Positions 1-8,895 of a stretch of 32,000 nt of DNA are shown in pieces. Both the position numbers and the translations under genes were made by a program. The notes under the pieces are model-generated. The model was not told where the DNA came from, did no database searches, and saw only the letters and a list, made by a program, of their open reading frames with translations. Positions within the stretch are counted from its first letter, which is position 1; every line of letters begins with the position of its first letter. Source of the stretch: an uncultured Chloroflexia bacterium (GTDB lineage: Bacteria; Chloroflexota; Ktedonobacteria; Ktedonobacterales; JADMIN01); assembly GCA_963718915.1 (NCBI GenBank), contig CAVRAI010000015.1:120001-152000 (forward strand). Reading direction: 5' to 3'.

Positions 1-372
1 TTGACATCCGCCCCCCGATTAGCCGCGGCCTTTAGGCTGCGGCCCGCTCGCTTCACCTGAAACCTCGCCCTCCGCCACCACCGTTCGCCCGTCTCTGTGC
101 AACCCGCGCAGGCAGGTTTTGTGGCGGAGCGCAACGAGGCCCTTCAGGCGCGGTTTATGAACTTTCACTTTTTACCCCGAACACCGCGCGTCGTGGTGAG
201 GCGAGGCTGGCCGTAGCATTCATGCTACGGCGAATGGGCTGCGGACTCCCCAGACCGTCTCCCAACAGGATATCCCGTGGCGAGCGTATCGGTGCAACCT
301 GCGGAGGCAGGTTTCGTGGCCGCAGGCCCCAGAGGCGCGGTTTCAACCGCCCGCGCAAGGTGGTGAGGTTCT
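1..372. repeat. Cluster of GC-rich stem-loop (REP-like) intergenic repeat modules downstream of the M3 peptidase gene
   Basis: No convincing ORF. Holds two copies of a ~32-nt core (99-130, 294-325) that recurs at 28316-28347. Holds one ~49-nt module (189-238) that recurs inverted at 14830-14877. Hairpins include GCCGCGGCC-TTTA-GGCTGCGGC (22-43) and CCGTAGC-ATTCAT-GCTACGG (211-230). Confidence 0.6.
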
Positions 373-373
373 C

Positions 374-2107
374 CTACCCCTCCGTTGCCAGCGGCTCAAG
401 CTCGTCCAGCGTGCGCTCGATCAGCTCAACCGCCATGCCCAGCGTCTCCGCGTCGAAGGCAAAGCGGACGCCCGCCGCGCTATACATCTCCGGCAGCGAG
501 ACCGTCCCGCCAAGGGCCAGCGCCCGCCGATACGCCGCCACCGCGCCCGCCTGGTCCTTGATCGCGTTCGCCCAGAGCTGCACCGCGCCCAGTTCGGCCA
601 TGCCATACTCGATGTAGTAGAACGGCGACTGGAAGACATGTCCCTGGCCGTGCCAGAGCGTGCGCTTCAGCGGCTCCAGCCCGCTCCAGTCCCAGTCTGG
701 CCGGAAGCGATCCGCGAGCGTCACCCAGTAGTCGTCGCAGCGCTCGATGTCCGCCGCCTCCTCCTGGTGCTCGTACATCCAGTGTTGCAGGCCATCGATC
801 ATCGCCATGTATGGCCAGAACGAGATCACGCCCGCCAGGTTTTCGGCACGAGCGCGCGCCGCCTGCGCCTCGGTATAGAAGCCGCCGTAGTCCTGCGTCA
901 GATAGGGCGAGGCCAGCAGCTCCATCCCCATCGAAGCGACCTCGGCGAATTCGGCGGGCAGCCGCTCTTCCTGCCGCTGTTGCAGGTATGGCAGCGCCGC
1001 CATCTCGAAGCTGTTGAACGCATGGCCGCCCTCGTGCAGCAGCGTCTGCACGTCGTCATGTGTGCCCGCGCCGTTCATGTAGATGAAGGGCCGACGTATG
1101 ACGTTGTAGCAGAGCGAGTAGCCGCCGGGCGCCTTGTTCTTGCGGCTATCCAGATCGAGCAGCTTCTCCGCGCGCATCGTCTCGAAGTATTGCCCGAACT
1201 GCGGGTCAACGTGGCTGAAGACGGCGCTGGTCTTCGCCTCCAGCTCTTCGATGCTGCCGTAGGGGCGCAGCGCTGGCTTCCCCGTCGGATCGACATCTAT
1301 ATCCCATGGGCGCAGCGTCGGCACGCCCAGTTGCTCGCGCCGACGGGCGTTCAGCCGCGTGACGGCGGGTACCATCACCTCGGCGATGGCGTCGCGGAAG
1401 CGTCTGGCGTCGTCAGGGGTGTAGTCGTAGCGATAAAGCTGCTGCCAGCGGTACTCGAGGTAGTTGGGATAGCCCGCGTTGGCCGCCACTTGCGCGCGTA
1501 GCCCCATCATCCGCCGCCAGAGGTCGCTCAACCGCGGCGTATCCTGGATGATGCGCCCGCGTATAGTGCGATAGGCAAGCTCGCGGCGGTCGCGGTCGGG
1601 ATCGAGCAGGGCGGGCCGGACGCGCGAGAGCGACACCTCCTCGCCATCCCATGTCACCGTGCGCGCGCCTGTGATGCCGTCGTATTCGAGATCGAGCTTG
1701 CGCAGGTCGGCCAGCAGCGCGACATTCACCTCGCGATAGAGCGCGGCGTCGGTGCGCATCTTGCGCAGCGGCATGGCGAAGCCTGCTGGCTCCAATCCGC
1801 TGGCGAGCAGCTTCTCCTTCATGCGCTGCTCGGCGTCGGTCGCCGGCGGCTGGATTTGATCGAGGAAGTTGGTGTAGCGCTCCTGTAACCCGGTGTCCGC
1901 TGTGTTGACGGTCGTGGCGATGCTATACCACGTATTCAACTCGTCCATCAGCGAAGCGATGCGCGTCCAGTCGAGCAGCCAGGTATCCACCGTCTCGGCG
2001 CTCAATGGGCGCGACTCCAGGTCGGCGTAGTAAGGCGCGATCTGCTCCCACGTCCATGAGCCGAACTCCTGGCTGGTCGCGGGCAGCGCGGGCAATGTCT
2101 CGAACAT
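374..2107 (-). CDS. pepF: M3-family oligoendopeptidase F-like zinc metallopeptidase
   Basis: ORF 374..2164 (-). HEGGH zinc-binding motif (LLHEGGHAF) in a ~580-aa protein with M3B-like layout. Start moved to the ATG at 2107 (MFETLPALP...), which follows GAGGTGAG; the upstream 19 codons lack an RBS. Confidence 0.85.
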   Translation of the reverse strand: MFETLPALPATSQEFGSWTWEQIAPYYADLESRPLSAETVDTWLLDWTRIASLMDELNTWYSIATTVNTADTGLQERYTNFLDQIQPPATDAEQRMKEKLLASGLEPAGFAMPLRKMRTDAALYREVNVALLADLRKLDLEYDGITGARTVTWDGEEVSLSRVRPALLDPDRDRRELAYRTIRGRIIQDTPRLSDLWRRMMGLRAQVAANAGYPNYLEYRWQQLYRYDYTPDDARRFRDAIAEVMVPAVTRLNARRREQLGVPTLRPWDIDVDPTGKPALRPYGSIEELEAKTSAVFSHVDPQFGQYFETMRAEKLLDLDSRKNKAPGGYSLCYNVIRRPFIYMNGAGTHDDVQTLLHEGGHAFNSFEMAALPYLQQRQEERLPAEFAEVASMGMELLASPYLTQDYGGFYTEAQAARARAENLAGVISFWPYMAMIDGLQHWMYEHQEEAADIERCDDYWVTLADRFRPDWDWSGLEPLKRTLWHGQGHVFQSPFYYIEYGMAELGAVQLWANAIKDQAGAVAAYRRALALGGTVSLPEMYSAAGVRFAFDAETLGMAVELIERTLDELEPLATEG

Positions 2108-2364
2108 ACTCACCTCTTGCTCTGGGATTGAGATTGATGCGAGGGCGCCGTTGCGTCTCGCCACCCGCCCATTGTACCCCGCCCGCTGCTGTGCTTCCCG
2201 TCAGATTTCTATGCGATTCGACCTGTCTATGCGCTGATGATGTTACCGCGCGCCCACCGCTGGTGTGTATGGAGGTGAATGATGAGCAACTGGTTCGTTC
2301 CCATAGATTGAGCGCGCTATACGGGATGATATGATGCGCGCGCACGCTGGAAAGGCAAAGACCC

Positions 2365-3030
2365 ATGACCCCAGGACGATGGGCGGCGCTACAGGCGGGA
2401 CCGTACCCCGCTCCACGACGCATATCGCTTGTCTGGCTCTTCGGGCTGCTCTTCTCTACAAGAGCGCTTTCCGGCGATACTCCGGCGTCATCCTCATCGC
2501 GAGACTCGCGCCTGGCCACCAGCGCGGGCGTGGATGCCTTCGAGGCGTTCTTCTGGCGCTACGAGCGCGACATACTCGGCTACCTCTGGCGACTGACCGG
2601 CGATGAGCAGGCGGCGTACGACCTGAGCCAGGAAACTTTTGTGCGCGCCTGGCAGCGCTTCGAGACGCTGCAACACTACGATCAGCCGCGCGCCTGGCTC
2701 TTTCGCGTCGCCAGCAACCTCGGCGTCAACCATCTGCGCGGGCGCTCCCGGCGCGGAGAACACACTGGGATCACAGAAGACATCCAGAACATCGTGGCGC
2801 GCGGTGGTGATCCCGCGCACCGTCTCGCCGAGAACGACGCCATCCGCCGCATACTGGCCAATCTGCCGCCGAAGCAGCGCGCCGCCGTCGTCCTCTGCGA
2901 CGTGTACGGCCTCACCAGCGCCGAAGCCGCCACTGCGCTCGGGCTTTCGCATGGCAGTCTGAAGATGTCGCTCTGGCGCGGACGCGAACGCTTCCGCCAG
3001 GAATACCAGCGCGAAGGAGGCGCCGAATGA
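2365..3030 (+). CDS. ECF-type RNA polymerase sigma-70 family factor
   Basis: Region 2 (FEAFFWRYERDILGYLWRLTGDEQAAYDLSQETFVRAW) and region 4 HTH (LPPKQRAAVVLCDVYGLTSAEAATALGLSHGSLKMSLWRGRERF). Its stop overlaps the next gene's start (ATGA at 3027-3030). The start is uncertain: ATG 2365 follows GGAAAGG, and an in-frame GTG at 2530 would give a more typical ~167-aa protein. Confidence 0.85.
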   Translation: MTPGRWAALQAGPYPAPRRISLVWLFGLLFSTRALSGDTPASSSSRDSRLATSAGVDAFEAFFWRYERDILGYLWRLTGDEQAAYDLSQETFVRAWQRFETLQHYDQPRAWLFRVASNLGVNHLRGRSRRGEHTGITEDIQNIVARGGDPAHRLAENDAIRRILANLPPKQRAAVVLCDVYGLTSAEAATALGLSHGSLKMSLWRGRERFRQEYQREGGAE

Positions 3031-4643
3031 CCATGGATACCATAGTGCGGTGCGCGCTTGGCGTCAGTGACCGCACGCTTTCGGACTTCCGCAGCGATGG
3101 CCTCGGCGAGCGTGAGATGGAACGCATGCGGGCGCATGTCGCGGGGTGTCCAGCGTGCCAGGCGCGGCTCGATGCGTATGAGGCGGCTGCTCGCGCCCTC
3201 CGCGACCAGGCCGAGCCAAACGATCACGCGCAACTCTGGCGGAACGTGCGGGCGAGCATCACGGCTGAAACGCTATCGGCGCCGGCGCGGCACAGGCGTC
3301 CTGCGCGTACGGGCATGCATGCTCCTGCCACCCGCTTCTGGGCCGCATTCGGCTCCATCGCCGCGGTGGTGGCGCTGAGCGTCGGATTCGTGGCGCTGTT
3401 CGTCAGCCGGGGCGGCTGGCCGCCCGCCGCGCAGATGCACGCGACGCCTACGGTCAATCAGTCCGGCAGCCTGACCTGGAAACGGATCATCGTCCCCAAG
3501 GGCTTCCCCGATGTAGACCAGCACAAGGAAGCTGATGCGCTCACCTATACAGATGCCCAGGTTGTCCCAAGCGATGGCAAGACCGCCTATGCCTGTCAGG
3601 CCGACAAGAACTATGTGACCTCGCCAGTGGTCTGGGCGACGCATGACGCTGGCGCAACTTGGTCGGTCATTACACCAGCGGACCTGCCAGCAAATACGGG
3701 TGGCTGTGCCTTGAAAGTTGATACCAACGACGCCAACACCGTAGTCGCTTCTTTCATCCCGGTGGGCGCCTCTAGCCAACATGAGCTTCTTGACTCGTGG
3801 ACAACGTACGCGACATTCGATGGCGGTGCAACCTGGAGCAAACCAGCGAGTTTGCAGGATGGCAACGCCAACTACCAGTTGGCAACCGCTCGCGGTAAAG
3901 TCTATGCCACCAGAGGTACCGCGACGCCGGACGGCCACGTCCATATCGGGCTTTATGTCAGTCGCGACCAGATGCGCACCTGGACACAAATTGATTCCAC
4001 ATTGTCAGGGACGCGCCCAGACCCGTCACAGGACCGGTATACCTTCCAGTTCTGGGTCAATGCGTCCACAGGCGAGGTGCTCAATCTTACGGTTCCAGGC
4101 TCGCTCTGGTCAACACGGGATGATGGCGCGCACTGGACCGAGATCGCCTATCCTGAAGGGGTCTATGCAGGCGCTCCTCATGCGCCTTTGCTCCTGGTTG
4201 GTACTCCAACCACCAGGGGATTTCTGACGATCTGTGGGACTTTCACGCCAATTGGATCAGAGAGCGAGCAGTGGCTCGATTGCACGAACGACAACGGCAA
4301 GACGTGGAACAGACGGCCTGCTCTCCCGACGACTATCGGGCCGAGAAAGGCCTATCTCTTCGTTTTTGGCATGGGCGCTGATGGCAGCATCTACGCGAGT
4401 TCTCTGCCGAGTCTGGGACACGGTAATGTGTCACTCTATCGGCTCCCTCCCGATGCCACCTCTAGCGCTGGCTGGGAGAGTCTGGGAGAGATCCCCGATT
4501 CCCAGTACGTCGGGGGATGTCAGGCGGAGCCAGCAGGCAACAGCACCGTGTTTTGGCGTATGCCAGACGCTACAGTTATTGGTGATGGAGCTGGGGGCAA
4601 GACATATACGCAGCCGAACTACTACGTCGCAATGTACCCGTAG
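3027..4643 (+). CDS. Membrane anti-sigma factor (zf-HC2-like N-terminus) with an extracytoplasmic Asp-box/BNR beta-propeller-like domain
   Basis: Translationally coupled to the sigma gene. H-x3-C-x2-C motif (HVAGCPAC, nt ~3135-3158). One TM helix (FWAAFGSIAAVVALSVGFVALFV, nt ~3336-3404). Five S/T-x-D-x-G-x-T/H-W type repeats: HDAGATW, FDGGATW, RDQMRTW, RDDGAHW, NDNGKTW. Confidence 0.8.
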   Translation: MTMDTIVRCALGVSDRTLSDFRSDGLGEREMERMRAHVAGCPACQARLDAYEAAARALRDQAEPNDHAQLWRNVRASITAETLSAPARHRRPARTGMHAPATRFWAAFGSIAAVVALSVGFVALFVSRGGWPPAAQMHATPTVNQSGSLTWKRIIVPKGFPDVDQHKEADALTYTDAQVVPSDGKTAYACQADKNYVTSPVVWATHDAGATWSVITPADLPANTGGCALKVDTNDANTVVASFIPVGASSQHELLDSWTTYATFDGGATWSKPASLQDGNANYQLATARGKVYATRGTATPDGHVHIGLYVSRDQMRTWTQIDSTLSGTRPDPSQDRYTFQFWVNASTGEVLNLTVPGSLWSTRDDGAHWTEIAYPEGVYAGAPHAPLLLVGTPTTRGFLTICGTFTPIGSESEQWLDCTNDNGKTWNRRPALPTTIGPRKAYLFVFGMGADGSIYASSLPSLGHGNVSLYRLPPDATSSAGWESLGEIPDSQYVGGCQAEPAGNSTVFWRMPDATVIGDGAGGKTYTQPNYYVAMYP

Positions 4644-4681
4644 ATCGCTCCTCGCGTTGGTGGTGGGTGATACAACAAACA

Positions 4682-4712
4682 GACCCCCATCCGGTTGATG
4701 TGGACGGGGGTC
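4682..4712. terminator. GC-rich hairpin downstream of the anti-sigma gene; likely bidirectional intrinsic terminator
   Basis: GACCCCCATCC-ggttgatgt-GGACGGGGGTC, one mismatch in the stem. On the minus strand it is followed by the T-rich tgtttgttgt. It is a paralogue of the hairpin at 6881-6910. Confidence 0.55.
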
Positions 4713-4735
4713 GTGTGTACGGGTCGAGTGCGCTC

Positions 4736-4762
4736 GCCGCTACTGGCCAAGCTCCTGCGGGG
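4736..4762. repeat. Direct-repeat copy A of the atpC 3'-terminal core (partner at 6934-6966)
   Basis: GCCGCTACTGGCCAAGCTCCTGCGGGG matches 6934-6966 except for a 6-nt indel (gctatt). Read on the minus strand it still encodes ...PQELGQ-stop, the same ending as atpC. Confidence 0.75.
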
Positions 4763-4866
4763 ATAGGAGTGGAAATGTGCTGGCAGCCTGTTTGCATTTC
4801 ATATGACCGAAACAGATACTCATCAGATCTGACAGCATTCGGTCATGACAAAGCGTAGCTGCCCAG

Positions 4867-4945
4867 TTATTCTCGCGTAGGAAGCCTTGTTACTATTCGC
4901 GTAGGAAGCCTTGTTACTATTCGCGTAGGAAGCCTTGTTAGTTTG
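4867..4945. repeat. Tandem repeat, 3 x 24 bp (CGCGTAGGAAGCCTTGTTACTATT)
   Basis: Units begin at 4874, 4898 and 4922. Copies 1 and 2 are identical; copy 3 diverges in its last 5 nt. Each unit contains the imperfect palindrome GTAggAAGcCTTgtTAC. The array lies ~45 bp upstream of the RBS/ATG at 4988. Confidence 0.9.
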
Positions 4946-4987
4946 TGGAACGCCGTGAGTGAGTGGACGTACTGAAGGAGTTAGGGT

Positions 4988-5686
4988 ATGTCGGAAATGA
5001 AGTCGCCACGATTCTCGATCATGAGGTAGTCATCAGGAATTGGTTCTTGGGTTGTCAAACTCACCCTTGCTACCCTGCTGGGCGCGGGAATGTATTTCCT
5101 GACCATCAATCTCGTGCTATTTCCACATCCTCTCACCGCTCAGGCCACTGCTACCCAGCGTCCAACCGACTGGAGCTTTTACATTACAAGCAGTGATCCA
5201 ACTACCCTTTTTAATCTTGGTTGCAACCAGGCTGACTTCGATGCTAGTTTCGCTACTCCCGCCAACAGTCTGGTGGTGCTAGACTTTGGGGTACAGAATT
5301 CCGCGGGAACAGGAGTGGTAACCACATTCCAAAGGATATCCTTGCCTAATAGCCAAGTTGACTATCTCTCCTATCAGTTCTCGGATGGTTACTGGTCGTG
5401 TCGTGGATCGGATTCAACCTCAATACTGACACTTGGCGTTGGCACGAACGATTCCGATCCATCCTATTCTGATGCTACGTACACCGCACTGGGGAAAGAC
5501 TGGGCCAATATCCTGCAGGGTATTCAATCTGACGACGCTGGTTTCAGCTCTCAGGTGAAAGTCTGGGACGCAAATGATCTCGAAGCGTGGCACTATACAT
5601 CTGGACAAGTTACCCCTGATCAGGGTAACGCCTGGGTAAACGGCTATTCTTCGATTGATCCTGCTCCCTATTGTGAACTACGGTGA
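4988..5686 (+). pseudogene. 5' part of a disrupted secreted hypothetical protein gene (in-frame TAG at 5027-5029; includes ORF 5090..5686)
   Basis: A strong RBS (GAAGGAG) sits 8 nt before ATG 4988 (MSEMKSPRFSIMR). TAG at 5027 follows, and then the same frame continues as SSGIGSWVVKLTLATLLGAGMYFLTINLVLFPHPLTAQA, a signal-peptide-like stretch. No ATG/GTG/TTG lies between 5030 and 5090 in this frame. Confidence 0.55.
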
Positions 5687-6050
5687 TGCTATTGGTTGCC
5701 CTACATCATACACGAGTGGGCAAGGTCAACCATGTTACTACGGCTATCACCAGGGAGACTACTACTTCTATAGCTGGGGTGCTGCTCCAGCGTTGGTTTC
5801 CCCAGAGATTTACACGGCCAGTAACCCGAATAACCCTGGGCAGTGGGCGAATATCAGTCTCTACGCTAGCAACGTCAAAAAGAACCCCATGTTCTTTGAG
5901 GGGCCGTGGGATGAATATCCCTTTAATTCATCTGAGTTGACGGCGAGTCAGGCGTGGACTGACTTTTGGAATGCGCTCAACAACGCTGAGGTCAACCCGT
6001 CGATGAACTATTCCCTGGAAATCCACTGCGAAGTGTCCGGAGCGTGCTAA
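5655..6050 (+). pseudogene. 3' part of the same disrupted gene, shifted by one frame
   Basis: ORF 5090..5686 ends ...SSIDPAPYCELR-stop. ORF 5655..6050 reads ...ILLPIVNYGDAIGCP... over the same bases. Removing one C from the CCC run (~5665-5667) would join them as ...SSIDPAPIVNYGDAIG.... The second ORF has no RBS of its own and would need a TTG start. Confidence 0.55.
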
Positions 6051-6111
6051 TAGAGGTTGATCGGTTGCACCCGACAGACTTTGTAGCGGAGCAGACAGAA
6101 GGAGCGATGAG

Positions 6112-6714
6112 ATGCCTCAGAAGAACAGGAATCAGTCCGATCCTCGCTCACAGGTGGTGGGCCAATGGTTCGTCGCGCTCGTCGCGCTCGTCGCGGGGGC
6201 GCTGGTTCTGCTGCTAGCCCTCGTTTTTATCGGTATCAGCCAGGCGTCACGGTTGGGCGCTGCAGGGCCACAACTTCCACCAGCGAAAGCAACCTTGCTG
6301 GCGCAGGGTGACGCAACGATGGCAGCGGCACGCGCAAACCCCAGCAATCGACCTCCTGATGCCCCCCCTCCCGAGGTGCCGACAGCCACGTTCACCGCAG
6401 GCATCTTTTATTTTGATGGTGAGTCTAAATTTCCAGGCTTCAACAACAATGACACGTACCGCGGAAAGGTCAATGGTGTCTGGGAATTCGTCTACGTCGG
6501 GTCAGATATTAGAAATTCGGCTACAGGCGTTGGCGCGGTGCGTGTCGTGACCTTTTCAAACGCTACGGGAAACCATCTGGTGGGCGTCTTCGACGCGCCC
6601 GATGGCTCGACGGGACTCGATATCACTGGGATCAAGGGCAATAATCTCCGAATCAAATCCGATAAGACAGCGGCTTTCGGGTTCGATCTGACGACCAACA
6701 CATTTACCAGTTAG
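6112..6714 (+). CDS. Hypothetical single-pass membrane protein with a beta-rich extracytoplasmic domain
   Basis: AAGGAG RBS 8 nt upstream of the ATG. N-terminal TM helix (WFVALVALVAGALVLLLALVFIGI), then a Pro-rich linker. I recognise no family. Lies in the GC-poor segment. Confidence 0.7.
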   Translation: MPQKNRNQSDPRSQVVGQWFVALVALVAGALVLLLALVFIGISQASRLGAAGPQLPPAKATLLAQGDATMAAARANPSNRPPDAPPPEVPTATFTAGIFYFDGESKFPGFNNNDTYRGKVNGVWEFVYVGSDIRNSATGVGAVRVVTFSNATGNHLVGVFDAPDGSTGLDITGIKGNNLRIKSDKTAAFGFDLTTNTFTS

Positions 6715-6880
6715 CGCCAGCAGCTCCAATAGCAATTGAAGGGTTGCCGGAGGTGGCCTCTACTCCAGCGGGAAGAGTGGCGCCCACCAAACCAGGGGTG
6801 CGGTCGGCAACATCGCAAACCCAGTGTCCGCGCGCTTAGCGAATCCCAGTGCTGTCTTCATCTAACGGCTCTGAAGAGAT

Positions 6881-6910
6881 GACCCCCTCCCATGCATTTG
6901 GGAAGGGGTC
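6881..6910. terminator. GC-rich hairpin immediately downstream of atpC (minus) and of the 6112..6714 gene (plus)
   Basis: GACCCCCTCCC-atgcattt-GGGAAGGGGTC, one mismatch in the stem. Sits between convergent genes. Paralogous to 4682-4712. Confidence 0.55.
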
Positions 6911-6933
6911 GTATCGTTGCGCCGCGCATGTTT

Positions 6934-6966
6934 GCCGCTACTGCTATTGGCCAAGCTCCTGCGGGG
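6934..6966. repeat. Direct-repeat copy B (atpC 3' end; partner at 4736-4762)
   Basis: GCCGCTACTgctattGGCCAAGCTCCTGCGGGG. Overlaps the last codons and stop of atpC (...TPQELGQ-stop on the minus strand). Confidence 0.75.
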
Positions 6967-7408
6967 TGGGAGCGTGACGGCGGCCGCCGCGTCGCCGATG
7001 TAGCTCGGCTACCCGGATACGTCCGAGGGCGCGCTCCATCTCGGCGGCGGCCATGGCTGCCGCTTCCGCGCTCAGATCGCGCCGTTCCAGCAGGGCGGCG
7101 GCGCGCCTGCGGGCCTCCTCCGCGCGTGCCTCGTCGATGTTGGCCGAACGCTCGGCGTCGTCGGCCAGCACGGTGACGACATTAGCGTTGACCTCCAGAA
7201 ACCCGCCGCCGATGAAGATACCCTCGTCGGCGTTGTTCCGGCGGACACGCAGCTCGCCAATATCGAGTGTGGTCAGCAGCGGCGCGTGACGTGGCAGAAT
7301 GCCAAGCTCGCCCTCGCTGCCGGGGGCCAACACCATATCGGCCTCGCCATCGAAGATGGTATCGGTCGCCGTAATGATGCGGACGTGTAGCGTCGCTCGT
7401 TGCGCCAT
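6944..7408 (-). CDS. atpC: F1 ATP synthase epsilon subunit
   Basis: LHVRIITATDTIFDGEADMVLAPGSEGELGILPRHAPLLTTLDIGELRV is typical of epsilon. GAAGGAGG RBS. Last gene of the atp operon. Confidence 0.93.
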   Translation of the reverse strand: MAQRATLHVRIITATDTIFDGEADMVLAPGSEGELGILPRHAPLLTTLDIGELRVRRNNADEGIFIGGGFLEVNANVVTVLADDAERSANIDEARAEEARRRAAALLERRDLSAEAAAMAAAEMERALGRIRVAELHRRRGGRRHAPTPQELGQ

Positions 7409-7440
7409 CGCGCGCCTCCTTCAGATACGACAGCTACTTA

Positions 7441-8895
<1,455 letters not shown>

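Noticed and set aside
638-1501. 287-aa plus-strand ORF inside the pepF-like gene. Similar long antisense or out-of-frame ORFs occur at 7771..8349, 8503..9102, 9921..10463, 20215..21111, 22504..23478, 24632..25696 and 31137..31832.
   Set aside because: High-GC DNA produces long stop-free antisense frames. Their products are Arg/Ala/Pro-rich low-complexity sequence with no motifs or RBS. Each is fully covered by a well-supported gene on the other strand or in another frame.
2108-2364. ECF-type autoregulatory promoter upstream of the sigma gene.
   Set aside because: I could not find a convincing GGAAC-N16/17-CGT(C/T)-type pair by eye. Calling one would be guesswork.
4867-4945. Possibility that the tandem repeats (here and at 27614-27668) are CRISPR arrays.
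   Set aside because: The units are directly adjacent with no unique spacers. Unit sizes (24 and 11 bp) and copy numbers do not fit CRISPR architecture, and no cas genes are present.
4763-6933. Annotating the GC-poor cassette as a defined mobile element (IS, prophage remnant or integrative element).
   Set aside because: No transposase, integrase, terminal inverted repeats or phage genes are visible. Only the flanking direct repeats and the composition support mobility. It is therefore reported as a finding, not as a mobile_element feature.
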